NCBI RefSeq assembly: GCF_032062105.1
Contig: NW_026937256.1
Location: forward strand, 496,001 to 560,000
Length of the DNA: 64,000 nucleotides
Reading direction: 5' to 3'
Source: Saccostrea cucullata
Lineage: Eukaryota
Part shown: positions 34,901 through 48,015 of the stretch, one piece after another
Layout: each line of letters starts with the position of its first letter
Position numbering within the stretch: position 1 is the first letter of the stretch
Translations under genes and position numbers: made by a program
The notes under the pieces: model-generated
Database searches by the model: none
The model's input: only the letters and a program-made list of their open reading frames with translations
Told to the model about the DNA's origin: nothing

Positions 34901-37900
34901 TTACAAATAGAAAACAAAAAATGAAGTAGATACTAGCCCCCCCCCCCCCCCAAAAAAAATTCCCACATCATAAGAGCACAGTGCTGAATGGCTCAGGCCA
35001 AATAAAGGTATATATTTGTTGTCTGTTTTATTCTTGAAAAAAGTTTGATGTTGTCCTGTATTTTTTTAAAGTGTACTTTCAAGACATTTTCGTTGTCAAG
35101 TCTGATTATAGTTATCTGAAGAAATAACAGTACAGTAAGCTAGTTCGTCTTCTGTCACTGCGTACCATTTAACATACAGCAACAATTCTTTAGCTTGCAT
35201 CACTGTTCACAATAAATAATATTTAATATGATCAAAGGACTGCAACAAGTTTCATCAAACTTTATCCAAATGTATTTGAAAAAAGGCAAGAATAAAATAT
35301 CAATTAATTCCAATATTCATTAATTTTTTGTTTTGAAAATAAATTAGTTAAGAGTCCAGGACCTTATTTAGTATTAAAATCAGTTTGTTAATTAAATATC
35401 AGTTAGTGATTTGGTATCAGGAAATGCATTTAATTTTGATCTCTGCCTTAAGAATTTAAATTATAAAATTATAAAAAGTGCTCAAGGTTTTAAAGAAATT
35501 TAAAATAATTTTTATGAATATAAATAGTATAAATTTTCTTTTGATTTTGAAAAGTTTGATTTTAAATTTATAATCATGTTATATTTAGTGTGAAGCATAC
35601 TAGCAATGTGATCTGAATATGAAAATTCACTTTGATGATAAAAATACGATAATTTATTTAAACAAGTAAAAAAAAAAATACCAGAGAGACAAAAGCAAGG
35701 TAACCACAGTATATTGAGTGAGATTGTTACAGACTGTTGTATGTCTATCGAACCTATCAAACTTGGAATAATTCATCTTTTTTACCTGTAATTTTCAGAA
35801 AATAGTGTTTAATAATGATGTTAATTAAATCAGTTTATTTTCCAAACGCCATAAATCAGTGAGTGTTTTAAAGTGAGAATCTGTGCGAGGTATATTAAGG
35901 TCAACATTAACTATAAAGACATTTCTATCAAATTCTCAACTATTGATTTGATTAGTTTAAAATTTTGTAGGCTGATAGTCTCTGTTACTAATGATCTGAA
36001 TTAAATTTTTGGTGTCATAATTTGAATCCTATGTTTGATATTTTGAAGAACTGAATAGATGTTCATCTTAAAATGGTCTCAATATGACTCTATGTCTTTA
36101 ATTGGTTTTCAAGATCAAATTGATAATTTTTTCCTGTACAACAAAATCATATTAATACATAGTTATTGTGTTCAAGATGGATCGATCAGCTTAATGGTTG
36201 AATAATCAAGTTTTTTGAAAAGTAGTTTGCATTGATATGAGTGTTTACTTACATACATGTATGACTCAAATTATTTCAAGATCATTTATACTAGTATAAA
36301 TAGTTCTAAAACTCTTAATAAAAGGAATATGCTATCTGCATGCTTGTATCTTGATGTCATTATATCAGCCGACAAAGAAATCAGCCAATAAAAATCTGCC
36401 TGTGAATTGTTATAATTTGCGGGATTTTCCAGTATATTATATTACAATGTTATAAGGAGCAGTGTCTAACTTTTTTGCCATAGTGTCCTTTCAATGTATA
36501 ATCAAGCCTATAAGAAACTGTTCTAATTTAGGATATTTTATTTTTGGAAGCTTAAGGCTTCATCTCTGTCATTTGTGTTCTGTGTGGGAGGGGGATCCCC
36601 ATCTCATAAATGTTATTTGCTCTTTCTGCGATTTTTTCCCATGCACACTTTCTGAATGTTAAATTCAGTAGAAACTCACAATCACTGTAAGAAAGATTAT
36701 CCTGAGATGAATTAAAAAGAAATTTTCCCTTCCTACACTACCGGTACTTACTAGGAAGATGATGGATCATAAAAGAAAATTTTCTTGGTTTAAAATTGTA
36801 GCAACCATTTAAGATGTTAAGACTGCAGCTGCATACAGCTCCAGAAGCTTGTGAAGCAACTTCTCTGTGCATTGGGACTGTTCCTTATGGGGACATAACT
36901 CTGTAAAACAGAGAGAAAGAGAACTAGAAAATTAATGGAAATTTTTTTGGGAAAAAAACGTGACTGTTTTGACAGATAATGAATGCTAAACTGTTAATTG
37001 ATCTGCAATTAATATTTTACTGATAAATTATGCTAGATTTCAAATTGGCATTGAATCTCAGAATAACGAAATTATTTACGTATTTTGTTATTGCGTATTG
37101 CACTGATGATGTTGTTATTTTGGTTATAAACTTTGTTTTTATTTACATATAAATTAATGTTTCCATTTATCAAAAAGTCATGATGGACATTTGTGATTAT
37201 TAAGCCTATTTGTAATTAGAAAAGAAAGAAATCAACAATTTATTTATGATACAAAATTTAATAAAAATTATAGAAATCCCTTCAAGAAGAAAGGCTTTGT
37301 ACACACCAAAATAGGCTAGTCTAGGGGGTGGAAATCTTATTTCTTTTTCGTCTTATTAAGGTCAACATCCATCACAGAGGAATAGAATGAGAAAGTCTTG
37401 TCACACTAACATAGACTTCATACAAACAGGTTAAAAACAGGCAAAAAGCCTGATGTCTGTGCACTTTTAAAATATGTCACCTTTAAAAGAAATTGTGCAT
37501 TTCATATTACTTGAAAGCTCTACAGGAAATCTTATTCTTAAAAATTCAGACATACTGATGCAGAACTCTTTTTAAATTTTGATATTTTAAAATGTATCTT
37601 TATTTATTTAAAGAATTTTGAATTGATGAAAGCCAAAAATAACAAATTCAACCCAATATGGGTTAAATTTTGAAGGGGATACAATTATTTGATGGAAAGG
37701 ACTGTTTGTCTTTCTTTTCAGTTTTGGGGGTACTGTATTGGTTTAGACAGACAAGTGCCCTACCCTTACATGTTTATTGAACTGCAAAAGAATTAGTCAG
37801 AGGAATGCTAATATTTTGTTAACTTGCCATTATGGGCCTTCTGGGTAGATCAAGGTATTTTGTGACTGGTTGGGTGTTTGCTGGGTTTTAATTGAAAGCA

Positions 37901-40900
37901 TCTGATAGAAAGATTTTAAATTAAGATTTGTTCACCTTGTGTTTATTTTTGCCACCTTGTGGACAAGATACTAAATGTAATTTTTGTTGTAAATGGTGAA
38001 AATATTTGAACGTGTACCAGTATAAAGTCAGTAAAGGAAAAATATTGATTCAATTGCCTAAAAACCTTAATTACACAAAATTTTATGAAAGATTTCATTG
38101 TAGATCATTATAAACGAAGGTTTTTTGATTGATTTCAAAATTGAATTGAGATATATTTTGGTTCAAAGAGCATAAAGATTTTTGCTAAAAATCTTACAAA
38201 ATAAATATAACAATCTTCTTGCACTATAAAATGTTAAAATGAACAAGAACGTCATTGACTTTTGATATAACTCAGGTACAGTTAGACCCTGAAGCAGTGT
38301 TTGTTAGAGACAGTATAATATTAAAATCGAGAGAACAATTTATTTTTGTCTATCTCTGATGATGTTAATCAGAAAGGCTTCAAAGCAATTAACGAGGAGA
38401 GGGAATATGTACTCTGTGCTGAAATATTGATGATTGTACACAAGGCAGATTATGTCCCTGGAACATTTGTTGTCATTAGGAATCTCAGATTTTCATGAAA
38501 CAGAGATAATCATAATGGTTTACATTAAGTCATTACAAAACTAATTAACAATTAGTATTATTGTACAGGGTAGAGATAGAGTTCATCTCAGACTTCTAAA
38601 ATCTCTGCTAAAATTGTTACGACATTAAGGGATTTAGATATTAATGATTAAACTTTATTCCAAATCTACATAAGTTTAAGAATCATATATTAGAGTATGG
38701 TGTTAAAACTTAAGCATTGTGCAAATGACTATCTTAAATAGGAATTTATTGTAATGCTGAAATGTCACAAGTATGAAAAAATGCTAACTATTTTTAGTAC
38801 AAGTATATAAGAGTTAGTCTGTTAATGGTTTTGTTGTCCAAGGATTTGTCCATATATAAGTTGAATAATAAATCTAAGGTACTTCAGAGTATGAAGTGCA
38901 CAAACTGGTATAGTCATAAAGACTTTGAACTGGTAGACTTACTGTATAGACATGCGACACCTAGATTAATATTAAGAGATGTACGGATTAACTGGTCGGA
39001 CTACAGTGGACAATATGTTGTCAGTTACTTTGTAATAACAACAGATTTATTCCATGAACCAATAAATGACATCCCCTACGCTTACTTGTGACCTTCGACA
39101 TGTCATATAGGAAACATTGATATTTTGAGTGATTCTCATTATTCTTAATTTCTTTTTTTTTTTTTTTTATAAAACACGTAATACAATGTGATTTGATTAA
39201 GTAAATTTAATTATGTGCATGCATTAATTAGCATAAGTTTCCAAGGCTAATTTTTTTTTCATTGAAAGGCAGAGGTATACTTAGCTCAATCACAAAGTTT
39301 ATTTCTTTTTTTGGATTTATGTAATTAAATTTTAGAATGGGATATCAGATAAGGATGATTAAGAGATAAATTGGTAGATGATACCACTTACTACAGTCTC
39401 ACCTAATCATGACATTTATTGATGACTATGATAGTGTTGAAATCAAGACTATAAGTATTATGAGGCCAAGTTAGTATTAGCAATATACAGAGGCATTCTC
39501 TGGTCAGAGTACCTCAGTATGGTCATAACACTCAGAATGTAAGTGTTTACCTGCCCCCTGTGTAAGGACTAGAATGGCCCGTAAACGGAGAGTTATTTAT
39601 GGACACACTATAGTACTGTACTTATTTATAGACGAACAGAGGCAATAAAGGCATTCAAGGACCAGTATATGACCATCAATATTATAAGACTTTGTATAAG
39701 TTATAGAAATGATGTACAGATTATTAACGCATAGTGCGCAGAAGTCAAGACAATGAATTTATTAGTATTGTGACCATTGAAATAATGGGAAATTAAAACA
39801 CTTAATTTGAAATTGTTGTGCAAGCTCAGAAATACATAAAAGGTACATTTTTGTAAAAGTATGCCATTATATGGTCTTCTTTGAGGAAGAAAGGGATGAA
39901 AACTGTGATGATTATGCAGTTTGCTACCATTAATATTCATCTTGTCTTCTAAATACCATGTTTAACCTAATAATTGTTGTTTTGTGTGTTTTATCTTTTC
40001 TGAAGACTGAAATACTAACAGGCTGAAGCACTAGTATACTCTTTGTATGCTGTTGTAAGCATTATGTTTAGGACATGACTAAGAATACATCATATGGAAT
40101 ATCTAAAGGGAACATGCTTTTTATGAACACAGCTGGAGGTACTAAAATATATTCCACCAACTGCAATATTTATGACCTACTTTTTGATTGGGCATTCAGT
40201 CATACATGCATGTACATGTAATAGCTAATTGTTGTGAGATTTTCATTTTGTCTTTATTTGGAATAGAATATCAAAATTTATCTTGAATGCTCTAAACATG
40301 GTGCATGAGGACTTTGCAGGAGGATTCAAACAAAGCTCTAAGTTATTCCTGAACCAGATCCCCACCCCCATCCCACCCCACCTCACCCCACCTTGGTTTA
40401 CATCTGGGCTTTCTTTACAATAGTCCTAATGTAGCACATTTTACATTCTTCAATTTATACAGGAATACACATTCAGGAAGTCCAAAACAAAAGCAGAATT
40501 TTATGAAATTGCATGATGTGAGTAACAGTCAATTATTAAATGGTGTTCTGGATCATTAATACCTGTTTCACTTAATCAGTTAATGTTTGTTAATAATTAC
40601 ATATCTAAGTAATATGTTCTTATCATCAGAGCATACAAACAAATATGCGACACCGACTCGGGGTCATTAATATTATTTACCTAGATGATCGTGCATCGCT
40701 CCAGATAATATTCCATCTTATCTAATGTTTTTGTTTACCACTCCAATTAATTTCAATTTGATGTGTTCATACAGATATTTTTTTAACTCAAGGTTCATAC
40801 CCTTTGAGGTTAATTTTATGTCAATAATGATGTTTCTGGTAATAATTTTTATGTCGTCTGCAGAGCAGGGTGGCTGTCCGTCCATCTGTTACAACTTACA

Positions 40901-43900
40901 TCTTAAGAACTGTAAGCGATATGGTTTAGATATTTTGCATATACAGTATATAGCTTGGCACTATAGCTTATGTATTTGACCTTGTTTCCGACCTAGGTTT
41001 CCTTGAACATGAGCTTTGACCTACTTTTTGAAATAGTTGACAGTGTTGATATACAACTTTTTTGATATTTCATAATGTGCACTGTTTTTCATATAAGATT
41101 TTGACAAATACCAGTGTTATAGTCAACTTGACCTTGACCTTTGACACACTTTGCAAAAATCCCACATCAACCTATCTTCAGTTACTGTTTCTTTTGTATA
41201 GACTATTCATGTAGTATTAAAAATGAGAAGAGGTCTCAGTACATGGACTTTTTTTGGTTTGAATTTTTAAAGAATAAAATTGACACAAGTAATAGTTATA
41301 TCCTTGAAATTTTTGTTCAATTTAGAATATGATTTTAAACCTTAATTATTCAAATTTTAAATTTTGTTAAAATTCACCTGCCCTATGTATTAAGTTTTTG
41401 TAGTGCTTTTAAAACTTCACTAGGGCTGTGCAATAATATTGATATTCCAGTATACAAAATTGCATTTTTTTAATGTTAATGGAATAAAAAATTATTTGTA
41501 TTATTTTCAACAACAAAAAGAATATTTTCATTTAATCTTCGAAATAGCAACATTTTAACTAGTTTAAAAGCTTCCATAGACAACAATTGTACCATATTAT
41601 TTAAATCACCTTATAATTGCAATGTATTATACCTACACTAATCTTTTTGAACCGTACCCGAACTGAAAACTGATCATGACAGCCCTATTCCAGTACATTG
41701 CATTCTAATGTTTACAAAAAATATTGTATTGCGATAAATTCCATCATGTCATCTAGCATAATCTTTTTGAATTGAAACTGATCATGCTCAACTGTCTGTC
41801 TTCAACTTGTGTTTACAAGCAGTACATAAGATTAAGTCTTTTTAATTTCAGTTAATTTTGACTTCTATATACTTTAGCTTTACTGAGTTTTACATCACGA
41901 GTAGGTTTCTCCAAAATCTCTCTATTAAAACAGACCATCTTAAGAGACTTTATCCTATATTTTAAGTGCCCTCTTCCCTTTCAAGCAATGTCTTCATTGT
42001 ATTCAATTGTCGTACATGTTAATGTACTTGTGTATCTTAATGTAAAGTGTTTTGTTCTTTGTATGACATGTCTACACACAAATTTAAGAAATTATATCTT
42101 ATGCCTGTGTATTATGTGATGCTCTTACCAGTTTTTCTGTCTATAATGTTTTATATTTAGATTTTTGTGTATAGTATGAAACATACAAAAAGAAAAGGTG
42201 ATAATATTGCTACTGTCAGTACTGATATTATTTTAGAACTTCAATGTTTAAAAGTTTGATGGCAGAGAAAGCATACTAGTATATATTCCCAAACACTAGA
42301 TGGAGAGGATTGATTTGGATTTGAATTCATCTCTTGATTCTCTTCATAGGCTTAGTTAATGTACAGTCAAACCTCTTTTTCATGAACTTGATGGGACTGA
42401 GAAAAAAAAGAATTATCTGAGAGTTCTGATGGTAAAAAAAAAATGAAGAAGTGGTTATGACATCCAGCTCACTTTGACAAATCTCTGGTATTCAGAATAT
42501 CACAGTTTGAGAATCCAAAGTTTGACTGTTAGTCTCATTCTTCAAAATCCTAGTTTCTCAGAAGTATTTGAATATGTCTTTAGGAAATTGTTTGAATACA
42601 TGGTTACATTAAAAAATGTTGAAGGGTGATATTTACTGTCATGGAAGCAGCTGTACCTATTTTTTTGTGCTCAACTTTTTTCTGAAAGTGAGGGATATTA
42701 ATTTGGATCTGTCTTTCTGTTGTACCATTTGTCAGTCAGTCTAAATTTCAAGAAGTCTTTGAGTTTTGCAGTGAAACTTAATACCACAACTCCTTATAAC
42801 CTAAAAAGACCCTATTGATTTTGAGGTCAAAAGGTCAAGATAATGATTTCATACATTCTGTGTGTGTGGAACAGTTTCATTCAGACAGAATCTCAAGAAG
42901 TCTTTTAGTTTTTTTTCTATGAAATTTTACATCACAACTCTTTATGGCCTAAAAATGACCCCTATTATTTTTAGGTCAAATATCAGTTGGTAAAAAAAAT
43001 TATATACATTTTCAGATAATACATTATAAAGTTTCTTTGAGCTTTCTTAAACAAATATTAATAACACAACACACTATGATGTAAAAAAAAAAAAAGGACA
43101 ATTATTGATTTTAAAAGTCAAAAGATCAGAGGTCAAGGTCATAAATTCATACATTCTGTTTGTGTGATACACTTTAGTTTATGGAACGATATCTAAAAAA
43201 CTTTTGAGTTTTTGCAATGAAACTTTTTTATCACTCCTAAAGCATATTGGCTATAAGCATGTTTTATTGTGTATGTATTTATATATGATTTCTAAATGAT
43301 AATAAATCTCTTTGGTGCATAAGAGTTTATCTATCAGTGCATGGTATCAGATTATTTACATATGATATATGAATTATTTATCTTCTTGGCATAGTTTGAA
43401 TATGAGTACATGTATTTATCATTGTAAATATGTTCTTACAAATGTACCAGTGTACTTGTTTACCTTTCATAATAGCCCTTTTGGTGCCCCTGTGTTATTA
43501 CATATAAAATACATGATCATAACGTAATCTTGAAATACCTGTAATATCTGGTTGAGGGTAAGAAATGAAGATAGAGGAGTCAAGGCTTGCCCAGCCCTCT
43601 ATCACGTTTTCGGCCCAGGCCCAATTGTTTGCATTTCAAGACAGTTAATAATTGTCATGTATTTTGTTTATCCTGCATCAATTAATTTTAAAACAAAAAT
43701 TGTTTTATGATTTCATTTCAAAATAGTAAAATTCAAAATCAGACACAGAGACATCTGACATTTTGGTCAGGTGTATAAAACAAGGAATGGTACATGAGGC
43801 AACACACTAAATCAGTCAGGTCCATCCAACAGTCTGTCAGCTTTTGCAGTTTTGGAATGACTTTCTTTTGTGCTTTCAATGAGTGAATTAAAATGACTTT

Positions 43901-45007
43901 GTAAAGAGATGTCTTCAATAATGTTGAAAATGAAATATATTGTTATAATTTAATTCAAAGACTACAGACTATCATCTGACAATTTTCCTAACATTTTATT
44001 GCCTGTGTTCTCGACAGTGGTTCTCTGTTACAACCAGTGTGTTTGACCATGCAGTGCTTTGTATCCTCTGCAAGTAATGCACATACCTGACATTGCCTCT
44101 CTACTTGTGCCATTTCATAATAGTAATTAATAAAAAAGTTAATTTCACACATATTCAGGTATTCTGACCTCAATACGTGTCAAACACAACAGTGCTGAAT
44201 CATGTTTTGTACGAAGCATGCCAAGACCTAAGTAGTACTTGCATTAATTAAGAAAAAGAATATTTTTGTATAATGTCTGTACACTTTTTCCCTTATACTT
44301 TGATTTGATCTAAGTACATGTACAATGATGCACTCTGATGTATAACACCTTAATCGTTGTTAGTCTCCTACCATGTCATTTGAATTTATATATGAAAGTT
44401 TTCCTTTTGTTTTTTCGACTTTCATTTTGGTTTTAATGGGTTCATTGTATAAAAAGGCATCTAATTTGAAGAAGCCTGCATGTTAATTCCAATTGTAGGC
44501 ATAATATAATTTCTGTTAGTAAGGAATTAATATATACAGGTGACAATTACAGAGATGTTATGAGCCTCATTATTATAATATCTCCAGTGAACATCACTTA
44601 TTGATGTCATACAATTTACATATCTGTTTTGGAATTGAATACATGGAATCTAAGATCTGTCTTTGTGTCGTTCTGGTTGGACTAGACCACAGAAGCAGCC
44701 ATCTCTTACAACTGACCTTGACCTCTTAACGATTGTAACAATTAAATGAACTGCATAATCATCAGACAGTTTTGATAATATTTTGATTCCAAAAATGGTT
44801 GTCAATTTTCCATCTGGTCCATTAAGTGATTATTGTGGTAAATTTCATGACTTTGATATTTGGACTGAGGATTTAATTTTGAAGATGGATTTTAATGGTG
44901 TGAAGTATGAATGAATGGATTTCTTTTTTTGTTTTTGTAGTCCAGGACTTTGTGATAGATGAAGCCTTGGACATGGACCTGGAACGCTACCTCGGGAATG
45001 GTAAAAT
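31908..45007 (+). CDS. MYRF: 5' part (coding exons 31908-31950 and 44941-45007) of a probable myelin regulatory factor-like gene; continues beyond the window
   Basis: Exon 1 runs ATG...ATAG|GTAAGT (phase 1). Exon 2 follows a strong T-rich TAG acceptor and ends at |GTGAGT. The spliced peptide MEVLTDDQAMRDAIVQDFVIDEALDMDLERYLGNGK resembles, from memory, the acidic MYRF N-terminus ([37 protein letters not shown]). No DNA-binding-domain exon is in the window, so identity is tentative. Confidence 0.6.
33879..34087. mobile_element. MITE with 13-bp TIR
   Basis: GGCCATCTTTAAA ... TTTAAAGATGGCC; no clear TSD. Confidence 0.65.
36752..36900 (-). ncRNA. Candidate antisense non-coding exon
   Basis: Minus strand acceptor CTCTTTCTCTCTGTTTTACAG| and donor |GTAAGT enclose 149 nt with stops in all three frames. 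Confidence 0.35.
42364..42528. mobile_element. Decayed pogo/Tigger-like MITE
   Basis: TA|CAGTCAAAC ... GTTTGACTG termini. Confidence 0.55.
42710..43230 (+). repeat. Degenerate ~140-150-bp satellite-like array (HINE-derived)
   Basis: 3-4 diverged repeats of CAAGAAGTCTTTGAGTTTTGCA..GAAACTT..CACAACTC..GACCCTATTGATTTTGAGGTCAAA. A related copy lies at ~56260-56520. Confidence 0.6.
43506..43665. repeat. Degenerate palindromic MITE
   Basis: AAAATACATGA..TCTTGAAAT..GATAGAGG / CCTCTATC..ATTTCAAGA..TCATGTATTTT arranged symmetrically around GGCTTGCC. Confidence 0.6.
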
Positions 45008-45683
45008 GTGAGTACAATTCACGTGACGGAAATGTCAATAAAACATTACAAAGTGACATTGGTATTATGAATTGTTTTATTTCAGTGTAATATGAGAGAT
45101 GGTGATTTACAAATCGTAACTGCTTGCAGAGAAAATTACTCTAAAATTGGTAAAATAATAATAATACTCAAAAGGTATTTTGTACTAAAAGTCATATGAT
45201 TTGGCTTGATTTATTATTATATTTTAGAAAACGTTACCTAAAAAGGGCAAAATCATTCCATTCATAAATTCCAATTATATTTAACTTTATTTGAAGCACA
45301 TAAAACAATGTGACACCTTCAAAGATTTATCCTAAATTAAACACCTGGATTAATAAGTAGAAGCAAAATAAATATATAAAATTTGGAACATTGGAAACAA
45401 AATTATGAAATTGTGTCAAATTTTTTCCCAAACTAAACAGCTTAAAAATTCTTCAGTCCTTCATATAAACATAAAATAACAACAAATGTACAACAGAGAA
45501 AAATATTGGTCAGGCTGTCACTTGAGTTTCAGACCTCCTACTCACCATCCACTACTCATGTACCTGATTGCCTGTACAAACTCTACCTCTTTATTTTTTT
45601 TTCTAAGAAAAACATCACTGATACTCTTGTAAAACTACCCACAGGTTTTTTGTTGAACATGAAATAAAAACAGAAAAAAGTTT

Positions 45684-45741
45684 TGGCCAAAGAGGGCCTT
45701 GAACCCATGTGGTTTCTCTACCACCATTTAGCTACCCGGCC
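45684..45741 (-). mobile_element. tRNA-derived SINE head remnant
   Basis: Minus strand GGCCGGGTAGCTAAATGG (A-box-like) ... GGGTTCAAGGCCC (B-box-like) ... TGGCCA. The anticodon arm is missing. Confidence 0.4.
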
Positions 45742-47828
45742 AATTTACCAATCCCCATTCCAATCAGCATGAATCATTCATGTGATTCAAATTTTTTAAG
45801 CTAAAAACTAAACAACTATTTTTTACTAGTATACATATTTTTCTCTTGACTCCTTTGATCAAGATTAACAGGAATTAATACACTTTATCAGATTTCAAGC
45901 ATATGCTCAGCAACCTTCTCAGAACGGACTATCTTACAAAAAATTTTAAAATAATTACTATATGTATAAAAATGGAAATATACTAATTGTGAAAGGTGCA
46001 GTGTATGTAAATTCCAGATAAAGATTTTAATTGAAGAGACTTAAGGAAACACTATTGTAGGAAATAAAGAGAAATTTCAACTCCTTGGATATTGTGACCC
46101 ACCTAAGCAGAATTATTTGTAATGGCTTTATATCTACGTTTCATTTTTCAAAGAGAGGATATTTGTAAGAATTTGTTATAACCTATCCATGCATGTGTCA
46201 ACCAACAAAATGAGACACCATCTTAATATCTTAACATGTAGTTGTAAGACTCCTTGTCTGCGTTAAGTGAAGGTTTTGGAGTGTAGGTATATTGTAGAAC
46301 TGTGAGGTGATGTTGCCCTAGGGCCAGGTTGGAGATTAAAATGCTTCAGTCCAGACACAGCTTTACAGAGTATGTCTCCACTGCAGGCCTGCATAAAATG
46401 TTCTTAAAACCTCTAACCAGCTTACCAAATGTTTAAAAGGCAGCTAATCAGAAAACATAACAAAGGATTCTCTGTAGAAGTAGTGACAATTACATAAACC
46501 CGAACACCAAAAGCACACAACTCGCTCCTCCGCGCTCAATAGAAAATTTGTTTAATGGATTTCATGTTCTGCAATTGTCAACACAAGTTTGTTTGACTTT
46601 TGAAATCAGGTTATAAAGAATTAAGTACTTCAAAAAACCAGACAATATTGATTGACTAACAGAGCCTTAAGTTCCTTTTAATGCTCAATTATATCAACAT
46701 TGGAGAGAACTGTAATGCATTCTGTGATTAAAATCGAGGAGGAAAAAAAACGAGACCTTCAATCTCAAAACGACATAAAAAAATGGCTCTAATAACAGCC
46801 GACTTTCCTTTTCACGAAATATATTTTATGACACACGCACACTTTTAAAATGCTTGAGAAAAGGATGTATTGTACAACTGTATCACAAAAATCAGTGTGG
46901 GTCAAGGGGGTACCTCTTAATACTGAGAATTGACTTTTTATTACAAATTTTTATATCTGTAAAATTTTCTGTTGAACTCAAATTACGTACTTAATTCAGT
47001 TAATTGCAGTTCATAAATGTTTGGTAGAAAACAAAAAATGAAAAGGAAAGAAAATAATTCCTTATATAGGTGTGTTTATGTATGTGTTATATGTGCCAGT
47101 GGAAGGAAGTGAAATTCTACACAGAGAAAAAAATATAAGTATGTCACTTACTTATGTGGTGGATCAAAAGGAGTGTCATGTCTTTATTTACAAAACAGAG
47201 GGAAACTAGAGTTAAACCTTCTGCTTCATTGTATAATTATAGCAATGTGATTTACAATTTGAAAATCATCAAGGTTGCTGAAATATATATTGTCTTTGCA
47301 GCCCTGTGCTAAATATGCATGACCACTTTCCCCAGTCACTTAAGGTTCATCAACCCTCTGACAAGAGAGATAACTCTCACTGGAATTAATGCCCTTTATT
47401 CCTTTATAGAATTGGCAAGTTAAAAGTCAATTTCCTTTACATTTCGTCCTGTAATATATGATTAAATAGTATTCATTTCAATTTTAACTAAGATTTCTTT
47501 TGGAAGAACAGTATGTAACACCAAAGAATTAATATTTTATATGAGTGAATAGATATAAACTAGAATCAAAGATAGGACCTCTGGCAAAAATATATCAAAT
47601 TTGTCTTCATAAATTTTACCAGAAACAAGAGATTCGTCCTTTTAATGACTTTGTAAACACCTATACAGTTTGTTATGTTTGAATATTTTTTTTAAGCAAA
47701 AAACTTTGGTCATTAAACAAAAGAAAAAAAATATACAACTCTAATTTTGCAAAGAAGCTCTTACTGTATGGTAAACCTGAATGTTACCTGTCATGAAGTA
47801 TTTTTTAAAAGGTAAAATACACTGCTAT

Positions 47829-48015
47829 TCTCAGGGTTTGATGTGAAGAAATCAGCATATCTCAGGGATCAAGGTGAAAAAGCCTTAATATCTCAGGGTC
47901 CAAAGTGAAAAACTTCACAATTAGCACAGGGTTCAAGATGAAAATATATCAAACTTAAATACCAGGGTTCAATGTGGAAAATCATCACAATATCTCAGAA
48001 CCAAATTTGAAAAAA
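47829..48015 (+). repeat. Degenerate ~31-35-bp minisatellite, about 6 copies
   Basis: Recurring TCTCAGGG(T/A)TCAA..TGAAAA..CA(C)AATA. Confidence 0.7.

Noticed and set aside
380-45007. Functional cluster of three membrane/ER-associated genes
   Set aside because: No evidence beyond adjacency and shared strand; synteny data would be needed.
45684-45741. Functional tRNA gene
   Set aside because: Too short and lacks an anticodon arm; treated as a SINE remnant.
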